From Candidatus Oxydemutator sp. (GTDB lineage Bacteria; Pseudomonadota; Gammaproteobacteria; Poriferisulfidales; Oxydemutatoraceae), in the NCBI GenBank assembly GCA_965203445.1, contig OZ241883.1:32001-96000 (forward strand): DNA of 64,000 nucleotides, written 5' to 3'. A program made the translations under genes and the position numbers. This document shows, piece after piece, positions 18,980 through 28,746 of the stretch. The notes beneath the pieces were generated by a model. The model did not search any database. It saw nothing but the letters and a program-made list of their open reading frames with translations, and was not told where the DNA came from. Numbering within the stretch: position 1 is the stretch's first letter; each line of letters begins with the position of its first letter.

Positions 18980-19768
18980 GTTCAGTTGGGGTGAGGGTAC
19001 AAAGAGCCAGCATTAGCCTCCCACAAAAACATCATCCCATCAGGAAAAAATCATTCGTCGGCTATACGCTGCCGTTTGTCTGATGATTTGTGCTATGCTT
19101 CGGGACGTGCGTTACAACATCCTTTTCATCTTGAAAAGGAGTAACAATGATGGCTGAAAGAACCAACATGATAGACAGCGTCCGCAACCTGCAACAAAGC
19201 GGCATGAACCGAAAGCAGGCCGAGGCCCTGACAAAACTGATGCGCGCTTCGATTGCCGAGGCGATTGCCGAAGCCGTCCAGCACTTGGCGACCAAAGCCG
19301 AGGTGGCCGATCTCAGGCAGAATATGGCGACCAAAGCGGAGTTGGCCGAGCTTAGGCAGTATACCAAAGCGGAATTGGCCGAACTGAGAGCGCAAGTTGA
19401 CGCGCAGCATATGGAGATCAGGGCGGAGTTGGCCGAGCTCAGGCAGTATACCAAAGCAGAGTTGGCCGAACTGAGAGCGCACGTTGACGCGCAGCATATG
19501 GAGATCAGGACCGAATTGGACAAACTCAAAGCCGCCCACGACGCGCAAGTGGAGCATAACGACTCGCAAATAGCGCTTCTTAAAGCTGAACTTATCGAGA
19601 AGATGAGTGAGAACCTGAAGTATATTGCGTTTTCCGTGGGCTTTTCGACGATTGCCATCATCGCGGCGTTTTTCATCGCGCGCTTCGCCACCTGAAGAAG
19701 CGGCGGCTGCAAGCCGCCTCTTTATCTCCCTCCGAGAGAGGGCCTCCCCATGCTCCCTCTTCCCCTAT
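18980..19768 (+). repeat. ~0.8-kb direct repeat, copy 2
   Basis: Duplicate of 16966-17667. Confidence 0.9.
19147..19695 (+). CDS. DUF1640/CCDC90-like protein, copy 2 (29 aa longer)
   Basis: Same as copy 1 plus an extra AELAELRQYTKAELAELRAxVDAQHMEIR unit. Confidence 0.8.
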   Translation: MMAERTNMIDSVRNLQQSGMNRKQAEALTKLMRASIAEAIAEAVQHLATKAEVADLRQNMATKAELAELRQYTKAELAELRAQVDAQHMEIRAELAELRQYTKAELAELRAHVDAQHMEIRTELDKLKAAHDAQVEHNDSQIALLKAELIEKMSENLKYIAFSVGFSTIAIIAAFFIARFAT

Positions 19769-19890
19769 GGAGAGGGTTGTTCGCAGGCCCATAATGTAAT
19801 CCTCTCCCCCTAGGAGAGGATGGGCGGCTTCCATGAGGGCCGTTCAGGGCCGTTGCATAACTTGGCACCCTCACCCGGCCTTCGGCAACC
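19720..19890. repeat. REP-like palindrome cluster
   Basis: CTCCCTCCGAGAGAG, CCCTCTTCCCCTATGGAGAGGG, CCTCTCCCCCTAGGAGAGG, CCCTCACCCGGCC. Confidence 0.75.
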
Positions 19891-19929
19891 TGACCTCGCC
19901 GCCCCGCCCCCTTGTTCTATAATGCTGCA

Positions 19930-22293
19930 ATGCCATTGAACGAAGCGGATACGCGGGCCAAGCTGATTGACCCCGCCCTGCACCGGCGCGGCTGGTCGGA
20001 GGACATGATCCGCCGCGAGACGACGGCGGGGGCAATCGAGATTATCGGCGTCAGGGGAAGGCGCCGCAACCGCAAGAAAAGCGATTACGTCCTGCGGCTG
20101 AAAATCGCGGAAGGCCGCCAGCCGGTCGCGGTCGCGCTGATCGAGGCGAAAAAAGAGGACCTGCCGCCGGCACACGGGCTTGAGCAGGCCAAAAACTACA
20201 GCAGGCGCCTGAACGTCCCGTTCGTGTTTTCCGCCAACGGCCATCAGTTTGTCGAATACGACGCCTTCACCGGAAAAACCAGCAGGCCGCGCAAGATGGA
20301 GAAATTCCCCAAGCCGGAAGACCTGCGCCATCGCTACGAGGAAGCCCAGGGGTTCGGCCTGGAAGACCCAATCGCCAAACCGCTGTTGACACCCTACCAC
20401 CGCGGCGAGGGCACCAGACGCTATTACCAGGACGCATCCATCCGCGCCGCATTAGAGAAAATCGCGCGTTGCGAGAACGCGGGCGAACAAAAACGCATCC
20501 TGCTGAGTCTCGCCACCGGCACCGGCAAGACCTTCATCGCCGTGCACCTGCTGAAGCGTATCGCCGACGCCGGCCAGCTGAAACGCGCGCTGTTTCTCTG
20601 CGACCGCGACGAGTTGCGCACCCAGGCCCACGCCGCCTTTGCCAATGCTTTCGGTTCCGATGCGGCCATCGTCTCGCGCGACGCCGACGGCAAAAACGCG
20701 GCCCGCAACGCCCGCGTGCACGTCGCCACCTATCAGACCCTCGGCGTGGAAAACGAAGACGACGACGCCAGTTTTCTGACCGAACACTACCCGGAAAACC
20801 ATTTCAGCCACGTCATCATTGACGAGTGCCACCGCTCGGCCTGGAACAAGTGGTCGCAGGTGCTGCGGCGCAATCCGGACGCCGTGCACGTCGGGCTGAC
20901 CGCGACCCCGAGAAAAATCACCGCCACCGGCGGCGATACGGCGGAGGATCGAAAGATCACCGCCAACAACCTCGAGTATTTCGGCGAACCGACCTACGAG
21001 TACGGCATCGGCCAAGGCATGGAAGACGGCTATCTCGCCGCCTGGCAGATACGCAAGGACAGAGTCGACATAGACGAAACCGGCGTCACCCAGGAACAAA
21101 TCATGGTGCGTGAACCCCGCGACGCCACGACCGGGAAACCTGCCACCGCCGGGCAGGTCAAGGAAGCGTACGAAAAGCACGGCTATGAAAGAATCCTGAT
21201 GCTCCCCGACCGCGTGCAGGTGATGTGCGAAGACCTCTTTGCGGTGCTGCTGGAAAGCGGCGACCCGGAACAAAAGACCATCATATTCTGCGTGCGCGAC
21301 CGGCACGCCGACGACGTGGCGGGCAGGATGAACAATCTGTACGCCGACTGGTGCCGGGAAAACAACCGGAAGCTCGCCGAACCCTACGCGTTCAAGTGCA
21401 CCGCCGCCGCCGCCGGCAACGAGCAGCTGCCGGACTTCCGCAACGCATCGAGGCATCACTTCATCGCCACGACGGTGGACTTGCTGACCACCGGCGTGGA
21501 CGTTCCGTGCGTGCGCAACATCGCGTTCTTCAAATACGTCCGCTCGCCCATCAGCCTGTATCAGATGATCGGGCGCGGCACGCGCATCCACGAGGCAACC
21601 GAAAAACTGATGTTCACGGTGCACGACTACACCGACGCCACCGACCTGCTCGGCGCCGAGTTGGAGACTACCGCATCCACTTATTCGAAAACGACGCCGC
21701 CCACGGATGAGGAACGGGAAAGACCGCCGCCGATAGAGGTGGACGGCTTCGACGTGCACATCGCCGAAAGCGGCAGTTACGTGGTGGTGGAAGAAGATGG
21801 CCGCCTGGAGCGCATTTCCACGGAGGAATACCGGGAGCGGCTTGCCAGAAGCCTGGCCGAAGAAGTAAAAACCCCGGACGACCTGCGCCGACGTTGGATT
21901 GAGCCGGAGCACCGCCGGGCCTTGCTGAAAAGACTGCGGGAGAGGCACTGTTCGGCGGAAGCCTTGCAGACACTGCAAGAAATGCAGGACTACGATCTAT
22001 ACGACATTCTTGCGGACCTGGGTTTCGGCATGGCGCCCCGCACCCGCACCGAACGCGCCGAGGCCTTCGACTACAAAAATGAAAAGTGGCTGAAGAAACT
22101 GCCGCCCCAAGCCGCCGCCGTCATAAAAGCCTTTGTCCGCCAGTTTGAAAGAAACGGCACCGAGGAACTGGAAAGTCAGATGATCTTTCAGACCCCGGCC
22201 GTCAAGCAGGCAGGCGGCATAGCGGCTTTACAGGAGGCCGGCGTCCCCAAAGACCTGCTGCAAGACGCCAAAGAGCGGGTGTTCGCGCCCTGA
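19930..22293 (+). CDS. hsdR: Type I restriction subunit HsdR (EcoAI/EcoEI-like)
   Basis: LNEADTRAKLIDPAL, SDYVL..IEAKK, LATGTGKT, IIDECHRS, GLTATP, LLTTGVD, QMIGRGTR. Confidence 0.93.
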   Translation: MPLNEADTRAKLIDPALHRRGWSEDMIRRETTAGAIEIIGVRGRRRNRKKSDYVLRLKIAEGRQPVAVALIEAKKEDLPPAHGLEQAKNYSRRLNVPFVFSANGHQFVEYDAFTGKTSRPRKMEKFPKPEDLRHRYEEAQGFGLEDPIAKPLLTPYHRGEGTRRYYQDASIRAALEKIARCENAGEQKRILLSLATGTGKTFIAVHLLKRIADAGQLKRALFLCDRDELRTQAHAAFANAFGSDAAIVSRDADGKNAARNARVHVATYQTLGVENEDDDASFLTEHYPENHFSHVIIDECHRSAWNKWSQVLRRNPDAVHVGLTATPRKITATGGDTAEDRKITANNLEYFGEPTYEYGIGQGMEDGYLAAWQIRKDRVDIDETGVTQEQIMVREPRDATTGKPATAGQVKEAYEKHGYERILMLPDRVQVMCEDLFAVLLESGDPEQKTIIFCVRDRHADDVAGRMNNLYADWCRENNRKLAEPYAFKCTAAAAGNEQLPDFRNASRHHFIATTVDLLTTGVDVPCVRNIAFFKYVRSPISLYQMIGRGTRIHEATEKLMFTVHDYTDATDLLGAELETTASTYSKTTPPTDEERERPPPIEVDGFDVHIAESGSYVVVEEDGRLERISTEEYRERLARSLAEEVKTPDDLRRRWIEPEHRRALLKRLRERHCSAEALQTLQEMQDYDLYDILADLGFGMAPRTRTERAEAFDYKNEKWLKKLPPQAAAVIKAFVRQFERNGTEELESQMIFQTPAVKQAGGIAALQEAGVPKDLLQDAKERVFAP

Positions 22294-22347
22294 CGGACGG
22301 GCGCATGTTCCCAGCGACGACCGTGTGCGACGCACACTCGTAACGAG

Positions 22348-23535
22348 ATGGCCAAGGCCCGGATACTCATCGAACCGGAACTCGTTGCCTGGGCGCGGGA
22401 GCGCGCCGGCCTGTCCGAAGAGGCCCTGGCAAAGAAAATGTCCGTCAAGCCCGAGCGTTTGCGCGGCTGGCAGACCGGCGATCTGCCGATGACCTTCGGG
22501 CAGATAAAAAAACTGGCGGCAAAAACCCATACGCCGCTTGGCTATCTGTTCGCCCCCAAAGCGCCCAGGGAAACCCTGCCCATCGCCGATTTTCGCACTT
22601 TCGGCGACCACGACCCGGCAAAGGCAAGGCCGAGCGGCGCGATGCTCACGACCATATACACGATGCAGCGGCGCCAGAACTGGTATCGGGATTATCTCAT
22701 GGAAGCGGGCGCCGCCCCGGTTGCGTTGGTGGGCCGGTGCGACCAGAAGCAGGGAGTGTCCAAAGCGGCCGCGGCCATTCGGCAGATATATCGAGTGGAT
22801 GAAGGCACGGGCTTGAGCGAGCACTACCCGAACAGGCAACAAGCCCTGAGAGAACTCTTCGCTGCCACCGAGGACATCGGTATTCTGACAATTCGCAACG
22901 GCGTCGTCGGCAACAATACGCGCCGCCCCCTGAACGTACGGGAGTTTCGGGGGTTCGCGCTTTGCGACCGCCACGCGCCGCTGATCTTCATCAACGGCAG
23001 GGACGCCCGCGCCGCGCAGATATTCACGCTGGCCCACGAATTAGCCCACCTCTGCATAGAGGAAAGCGGCGTCTCCAACCTGGATGCCGCAACCCTGAAA
23101 AACGCCAACGCCACCGAGCAATTCTGCAACGAGGTGGCAGCGGAACTGCTGCTCCCCCGCGCGTCTTTTCTGCACCGCTGGAACAAAAAAGCGGAACCGG
23201 AACCTCAGATCAGACGCCTTGCAGAAAGCTTCAACGTCAGTACTCAAGCCACCGCGCGGCGGGCTTGGAATAATGGACTGATCAGCCGCCAGTGGTACTG
23301 GGAGTTTCATGAAAAAGAAGCGGCAGAAAACATACCGGATAAACCCGCCAAAGGAAGAGGGAATTTCTACACAACCCATCGCTATCGCAGAAGCAACCGT
23401 TTCGCAAAGGCAGTGATAGCGTGCGCCCGGGAAGGCGCCCTGTCCTATCGTGAAGCGCACGAACTGCTGGACATAAACACAACCGCCACCTTCGAGGAAA
23501 TCGCCGGGGAACTTGGGTACGGAACGTGTTTTTAG
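22348..23535 (+). CDS. XRE-HTH fused to ImmA/IrrE M78 peptidase
   Basis: PELVAWARERAGLS HTH; FTLAHELAHL; EQFCNEVAAELLLP. Confidence 0.88.
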   Translation: MAKARILIEPELVAWARERAGLSEEALAKKMSVKPERLRGWQTGDLPMTFGQIKKLAAKTHTPLGYLFAPKAPRETLPIADFRTFGDHDPAKARPSGAMLTTIYTMQRRQNWYRDYLMEAGAAPVALVGRCDQKQGVSKAAAAIRQIYRVDEGTGLSEHYPNRQQALRELFAATEDIGILTIRNGVVGNNTRRPLNVREFRGFALCDRHAPLIFINGRDARAAQIFTLAHELAHLCIEESGVSNLDAATLKNANATEQFCNEVAAELLLPRASFLHRWNKKAEPEPQIRRLAESFNVSTQATARRAWNNGLISRQWYWEFHEKEAAENIPDKPAKGRGNFYTTHRYRRSNRFAKAVIACAREGALSYREAHELLDINTTATFEEIAGELGYGTCF

Positions 23536-23573
23536 GGATATAATCGCCAAAAAAACGTGCCGGAATCCTTTTC

Positions 23574-25022
23574 ATGCCTGAGCAAAAATCACAAATAAAA
23601 TTTCAGCAACTGGAGATACATCCAGATGCGGATAAGCCATTTGCCGAAGACAAACTCGACAGAAAGGTACTCTGCGAGGACTTGACCAACATCATTGAAA
23701 ACGCCGCCACGCCCTATACTTTGGCGGTCAATGCCGGTTGGGGGAACGGCAAGACTGTTTTTCTCCAAATGCTACGTGCGCATTTAAGGAAACAAGGGTA
23801 TGGCTGTGTCCTCTTCGATGCCTGGCGCGCAGATTTCTATAAAGACGCCCTGCCCGCCTTAATCGGGGAGATTAAAGAACAGATTAAACCAAATCGGACT
23901 CTTAGCAATAAGGCAAAGAATCTAAGCAAAGCCCTTATCCCGCAGGATACTGTTCAAGTAATTGCATTATTAGCTAAGGCAGCTAAGTTGGTGGCAGGAG
24001 AAGCTGGTGAAGAAATTGTCAAAGCAATAAACCGATTACTACGAAAGCATGACGCTATAGAACATTATCGTACTTACCAGAAAGCCTTGAAAGATTTTAA
24101 GGACGCACTCAAAAAAGCAGCGGCTTCAAACGGCAAACCCCTGGTCATTCTGGTTGATGAGCTGGATCGCTGCCGGCCCGATTTTGCCCTCGATGTGCTG
24201 GAAAAAGTCAAGCATGTTTTTGATGTTGAATCGGTATTTTTTGTTTTCGCCTTGAATAAAGAACAATTAGAAAGAACGATCGAGAAAACATACGGTGAGA
24301 TAGGCGCCGAGCTTTATTTACGGAAGTTTTTCGACTTGACAATTCCCTTGGTGAATGTGGTGAATGAAGCCGATCTGGTAACTCACATGGTTGAGAAAAT
24401 CGGGCTGGATAAGCTTATAGAAAACAGCACTATGCGAGATAGAAAAAGTGAACTCATAAAATATCTGGGGATATTTTTCGAGATGTTTAATCATCTATCA
24501 CTAAGAGACCGGGAGCAAGTGATTGCAATAATTAATCTGTTTTTCCTTATGAAGCCATCTAATCAACATCATACTGATGAATTTTATCCCATGATGCTTG
24601 CCTACTTTCCGATCATAAAGTTGGCCAAGCCTGAGTTATTCCAGAAATCCAAAGATGGTGCTGATCGGAACAATCCGGAAGCTTTTCCCTTTGAGGAACA
24701 TTTGCAACTCTATAAAAACCAAGCCGGCTTTGAAAAAACTAAAGATATGCATGACGAACCTTACGAAAAGTATCAAGGGCTTTATTTTTATCTACACCTT
24801 ATATATTATCAAATGGATAACAGGCATAAGGAATATGTGAGAAAAAGATGTGAGGAGGGAAAACCAGAGGATCTTTGGCCTTGGTGCCGAATAATTGAGT
24901 ATCAAGGCCCCCCCTACGCAAATTGGCGTACAAAGATGGGTTATGTCAGCGCATTTATTAACAAAATTGACTCCATTGGCAAACTGGTTGCTCGTCCAGA
25001 AGAGGCAGAGAAAAATCAATAA
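23574..25022 (+). CDS. KAP-family P-loop NTPase
   Basis: DKLDRK, GWGNGKT, FDAW, VILVDELDRCRP, LEKVKHVF, YLRKFFD; low-GC C-terminal half. Confidence 0.88.
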   Translation: MPEQKSQIKFQQLEIHPDADKPFAEDKLDRKVLCEDLTNIIENAATPYTLAVNAGWGNGKTVFLQMLRAHLRKQGYGCVLFDAWRADFYKDALPALIGEIKEQIKPNRTLSNKAKNLSKALIPQDTVQVIALLAKAAKLVAGEAGEEIVKAINRLLRKHDAIEHYRTYQKALKDFKDALKKAAASNGKPLVILVDELDRCRPDFALDVLEKVKHVFDVESVFFVFALNKEQLERTIEKTYGEIGAELYLRKFFDLTIPLVNVVNEADLVTHMVEKIGLDKLIENSTMRDRKSELIKYLGIFFEMFNHLSLRDREQVIAIINLFFLMKPSNQHHTDEFYPMMLAYFPIIKLAKPELFQKSKDGADRNNPEAFPFEEHLQLYKNQAGFEKTKDMHDEPYEKYQGLYFYLHLIYYQMDNRHKEYVRKRCEEGKPEDLWPWCRIIEYQGPPYANWRTKMGYVSAFINKIDSIGKLVARPEEAEKNQ

Positions 25023-25614
25023 ACTGCCAAATAGCGATGGCAAATTGCCGCAAGGCTGGCAGTGGGTGCGGCTGGGTGATGTAAGCGATATTATCTCTGG
25101 TCAATCCCCACCAGGAAATACTTATCGGAAAACACCTGAAGGGCTGCCATTTTTTCAGGGGAAAGCCGATTTTGGCCCGAGAAGTCCGAAAGCAAGGGTT
25201 TGGTGTGTGGCTCCTAAAAAGATTGCCGAGCCTGGCGATATTCTAATCTCGGTCCGAGCACCAGTAGGGCCTACTAATGTGGCAGATGTAGAGTGTTGCA
25301 TCGGTCGCGGCCTCGCAATCATCCGCTGTAAGAATGACGCAAACACAGATTTTGTTCTATCGTTCTTGAAGCTCACGGAGGAAAAAATCTCACAAATGGG
25401 ATCGGGAAGCACTTTTGGATCAATAAATCGAGAGCATCTTTTGTCTCTTCAAATTCCCCTCCCACCCCTTGATGAACAGAGGAAAATCGTTGCCGACTTG
25501 AACCAGAAAACAGCCGCCGCCGACAAAGCCCGCGTTGCGGCCGAGGCGGAACTGGAGGCCATCAATGCCCTGCCTGCGGCTTTTCTTCGTCAAGCGTTTC
25601 ACGGTACTTTATAG
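25023..25614 (+). CDS. hsdS: Type I specificity subunit, single-TRD (half-size) HsdS; start unclear
   Basis: LPQGWQWVRLGDV...GDILISVRAPVG...IPLPPLDEQRKIV...AFLRQAFHGTL; one TRD only; frame is open from 24895. Confidence 0.85.
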
Positions 25615-25616
25615 CC

Positions 25617-27320
25617 GTGTCGAAAAAGAAGAAACAAACCAACGGGCGTCAATCGGTGGACGCCATCGTCAAGTCCATTTGCGACATCATGCGTCGCGGC
25701 AACATGGCGGGCGCCTTGCAGTATGTGCCGGAACTTACCTGGATCCTGTTTCTGCGGATTCTGGATGAAATCGAGGAACAGGAACGAACCGAGAGTGAAG
25801 CCGTAAGCGGAGACTGGTCGCCGGCCTTGGAAAAGCCATTTCGCTGGCGCGACTGGGCGGCGCCGGACGGGAAAAAACGCATTGCATTGACCGAGAGCGC
25901 GGCCGGCGACTTTCTCCAATTTGTCAACGGGGAACTTCTGTCGCACCTCAAGGGGTTGCGCGACAACGCCGGCGCCAGCGTCAAACAGAAGGTCATCAGC
26001 GAAATCCTGAGCGGCGTGGACAAGGTCGGCATGGACACCGAACGCAACTTCCTGGACGTGCTGGACAAGGTGGACGCGCTGCGCCAGGAGAGCGTGGATC
26101 CCACCCATGTTTTCACCCTGTCCCAGGTCTATGAAGGCCTGCTGCTCAAGATGGGCGAGAAAAACAACGACGGCGGCCAGTTTTTCACACCGCGCGAAGT
26201 CATCCGGGCGATGGTGCGGGTGGTGGACCCCAAACTCGATGAAACCGTGTTCGATCCGTGTTGCGGCACCGGCGGCTTTTTGGCCCAGGCCTATGAGCAT
26301 ATCTGGAACGCCAATAAACAGGCCGCGGCGACACAGCTCGAGAACTTGAAGGAGAGAACATTTTACGGGCGGGAAAAGGAAAACCTGATATACCCCGTCG
26401 CCCTGGCCAACCTGGTGCTGCACGGTATTGACCATCCGCGCATCTGGCACGGCAACACCCTGACCCGACAGGCGGATTACGACGGCCTGTTTGAGGGCGC
26501 GCCGTCATTTTTTAACGTCGTGCTGACCAATCCGCCGTTCGGCGGCAAGGAGGGTTCGGAGGCGCAGACCCGCTATGATTACCAGACCAACTCCACCCAG
26601 GTGTTGTTTTTGCAGGAAGTCGTCAAAAGCCTGAAAGAGGACGGCAGGTGCGGCATGGTGGTGGATGAAGGCCTGCTGTTTCGCACCAACGAGACCGCTT
26701 TTGTGAAAACCAAGCGCTACTTGTCGGAAGAGTGCAATTTGTGGTGCGTGTTGAGCCTGCCCGGCGGCGTGTTCACCCAGGCCGGCGCCGGAGTGAAAAC
26801 CAATCTGCTGTTTTTTACCAAGGGCGAACGCACCGGGAAGATCTGGTATTACGATCTGAGCGAGGTAAAAGTAACCAAGCGCCAGCCGCTGACCTTGTCC
26901 CACTTCGACGAGTTCTTCCGCCTGCTGCCCGAACGCGCCGAGAGCGAAAACAGCTGGACGGTGGATCTCAGGGGGCGGATTCAGGAAGCCGGCGAAGAAG
27001 CCAGGCCCTTTCGTCAGAAGGCCGGGGAAAAAGGCCGGGAGCGGACGCGGATTGAAAAGCGGCTGACCAGACTACGCCGCCAACGCGAAAACAAAGACCA
27101 GGCCGCCATCGAAGAAACACAGGCCGCCCTGAGCGCGCTGAAAAAGGAGATCAGCACACTGCAAAAACAAGCGACGGATATAGAGAACGCCGCCTACGAC
27201 TTGAAAGCGGTCAATCCGAACAAGCAACCCGAAATGGACACCCGCACGCCGGATGAACTGCTGGACATTATCGCGGCCAAGGGCCAGGAAATCAGGGAAG
27301 CATTGAAGACGCTGAGCTGA
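25617..27320 (+). CDS. hsdM: Type I methyltransferase HsdM
   Basis: GQFFTPREVI, DPCCGTGGFL, VLTNPPFGG; coiled-coil insertion near C-terminus. Confidence 0.93.
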   Translation: MSKKKKQTNGRQSVDAIVKSICDIMRRGNMAGALQYVPELTWILFLRILDEIEEQERTESEAVSGDWSPALEKPFRWRDWAAPDGKKRIALTESAAGDFLQFVNGELLSHLKGLRDNAGASVKQKVISEILSGVDKVGMDTERNFLDVLDKVDALRQESVDPTHVFTLSQVYEGLLLKMGEKNNDGGQFFTPREVIRAMVRVVDPKLDETVFDPCCGTGGFLAQAYEHIWNANKQAAATQLENLKERTFYGREKENLIYPVALANLVLHGIDHPRIWHGNTLTRQADYDGLFEGAPSFFNVVLTNPPFGGKEGSEAQTRYDYQTNSTQVLFLQEVVKSLKEDGRCGMVVDEGLLFRTNETAFVKTKRYLSEECNLWCVLSLPGGVFTQAGAGVKTNLLFFTKGERTGKIWYYDLSEVKVTKRQPLTLSHFDEFFRLLPERAESENSWTVDLRGRIQEAGEEARPFRQKAGEKGRERTRIEKRLTRLRRQRENKDQAAIEETQAALSALKKEISTLQKQATDIENAAYDLKAVNPNKQPEMDTRTPDELLDIIAAKGQEIREALKTLS

Positions 27321-27344
27321 CAACAGTGTTTCCTGATTTAATCA

Positions 27345-27410
27345 GAGCCGTTGCATAACTTGGCACCCTCACCCGGCCTACGGCCACCCTCTCCCAGAGG
27401 GAGAGGGTTT
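27345..27410. repeat. REP-like element
   Basis: GCCGTTGCATAACTTGGCACCCTCACCCGGCCTACGGCCACCCTCTCCCAGAGGGAGAGGGTTT, identical to ~28188-28251. Confidence 0.85.
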
Positions 27411-27447
27411 GATTTTCAGCTCTGCAAACCCCCTCTTGTCCGCCGCC

Positions 27448-27843
27448 TCAGAGTGGCGCGATAACTTTGCATTTGACGCCGGCGGCACGGTTGATCTTTT
27501 TGTCGAGCGTCGCCAGCGGACGACTGAGCGCCTCGGCCAGCGCCACGTACCAGGCGTCGTAACTGGTCAGATTGGCCCGCAACTCCCAGATGCGTCCGGC
27601 AAACGGCGCAAAGGGAAATAGTTCGATGTCCAGTTGCAGAAGGTTTCGGTACGCGCTGGTCGCCTCAAGCGATGATACGTCACCGGCGCGCTCCAGCCGA
27701 CGCAGAACGTTGCCAGTCTCGACCAGCACCAGTTCGGGGGCGGCCAAAGAACTTTCGGCAAGTACCGATTCCGCCCACTCCCCCTCACGCCCGCAGTCAA
27801 CCAACGCCGCGACCAGAAAGGACGCATCGGCGACGACTGTCAC
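27448..27843 (-). CDS. vapC: PIN-domain toxin
   Basis: VVADAS, APELVLVE, NLTSYDAWYVALAE, LATLD. Confidence 0.9.
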   Translation of the reverse strand: MTVVADASFLVAALVDCGREGEWAESVLAESSLAAPELVLVETGNVLRRLERAGDVSSLEATSAYRNLLQLDIELFPFAPFAGRIWELRANLTSYDAWYVALAEALSRPLATLDKKINRAAGVKCKVIAPL

Positions 27844-28076
27844 TTCCGGTTGGCGTCGCGTGCGCGCAAAATATCGGACGGGCGGACGCGGCTTCCGGCC
27901 GCGGCCTTGCGCTCGCGTATTTCATACAACAGCGTCTCGATAGCAGGGCGGGAGGCAATCCGCTCCAACTCGCAAAGAAGAAATTCCTGCATGGATTGGC
28001 GTTTGAATGCCGCTCGCGCCGCGATTTCGTCGCGCACCTGCTCGGGAACGCCGCGCACTGTAATTTGCACTGGCAT
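27840..28076 (-). CDS. FitA/VapB-like ribbon-helix-helix antitoxin
   Basis: MPVQITVRGVPEQVRDEIAARAA..RQSMQEFL; GTGA overlap with vapC. Confidence 0.8.
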   Translation of the reverse strand: MPVQITVRGVPEQVRDEIAARAAFKRQSMQEFLLCELERIASRPAIETLLYEIRERKAAAGSRVRPSDILRARDANRK

Positions 28077-28082
28077 GAAAGC

Positions 28083-28111
28083 ATTATGAGATTGACGAAG
28101 GCATTTTGCAA
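28083..28111 (-). promoter_or_regulatory. Sigma70-type promoter for the antitoxin, leaderless geometry
   Basis: TTGCAA-N17-CATAAT-N6-ATG on the minus strand. Confidence 0.55.
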
Positions 28112-28121
28112 ACATATGGAT

Positions 28122-28158
28122 GGGGCGGTTCAGTCTCCGAAAAACACGGGGCGGTTCA
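28122..28158 (-). mobile_element. Two stacked IS3 left-end remnants
   Basis: GGGGCGGTTCA followed by the full 26-bp GTCTCCGAAAAACACGGGGCGGTTCA. Confidence 0.85.
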
Positions 28159-28251
28159 GGAGAGGGTTGGGGCGAGGGCTGTTCAGGGCCGTTGCATAAC
28201 TTGGCACCCTCACCCGGCCTACGGCCACCCTCTCCCAGAGGGAGAGGGTTT
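28159..28251. repeat. REP-like element whose first hairpin is truncated at the IS end
   Basis: Begins with half hairpin GGAGAGGGTTGGGG; ends CCCTCTCCCAGAGGGAGAGGG. Confidence 0.8.
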
Positions 28252-28326
28252 CAATCGTGTAAAATCGCAATTCTGGCAGCGGGCTGCCGCCGGGTCGCGG
28301 CCCGGCAGACCATTACGGAATAAGAC

Positions 28327-28713
28327 ATGGGAAGAATAGTAACCACCGTCAATATCCAAAACCTTGCTTCGGAAGGAAAATCAAAAAGAATGGATATTCT
28401 TGTGGATACCGGAGCAAGTTATCTGACCCTTCCTCTGGCCTGGAAAGAGGATTTTGGATCGTTCGACACGGAGGAAACGGTTGACTTGCAAACTGCCACT
28501 CAGGAAGTTGTGCGAGGTGTTGTGTGCGGCCCGGTCAAGATACAGGTGGAAGGATTCAGGGCTATTCATAATGAAGTGCTTTTCCTGGATAGGAAACCGA
28601 ATGGAGGCGAGTACGAACCGCTGCTCGGCTATATTGTTTTGGAACAATCCGGGGTGGCCGTTGACAGGATTGGACACAGGCTGATTCCGCTTACGTATAT
28701 GGATCTTAAATGA
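28327..28713 (+). CDS. Clan AA (retropepsin-like) aspartyl protease
   Basis: ILVDTGAS and PLLGYIVLEQ motifs. Confidence 0.8.
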   Translation: MGRIVTTVNIQNLASEGKSKRMDILVDTGASYLTLPLAWKEDFGSFDTEETVDLQTATQEVVRGVVCGPVKIQVEGFRAIHNEVLFLDRKPNGGEYEPLLGYIVLEQSGVAVDRIGHRLIPLTYMDLK

Positions 28714-28746
28714 CGAGGCGTACGGGGCTTGCACTAAGGGCTTGCG

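Noticed and set aside
1800-28720. Prophage or integrative conjugative element
   Set aside because: No integrase, structural, replication or conjugation genes, and no att repeats found.
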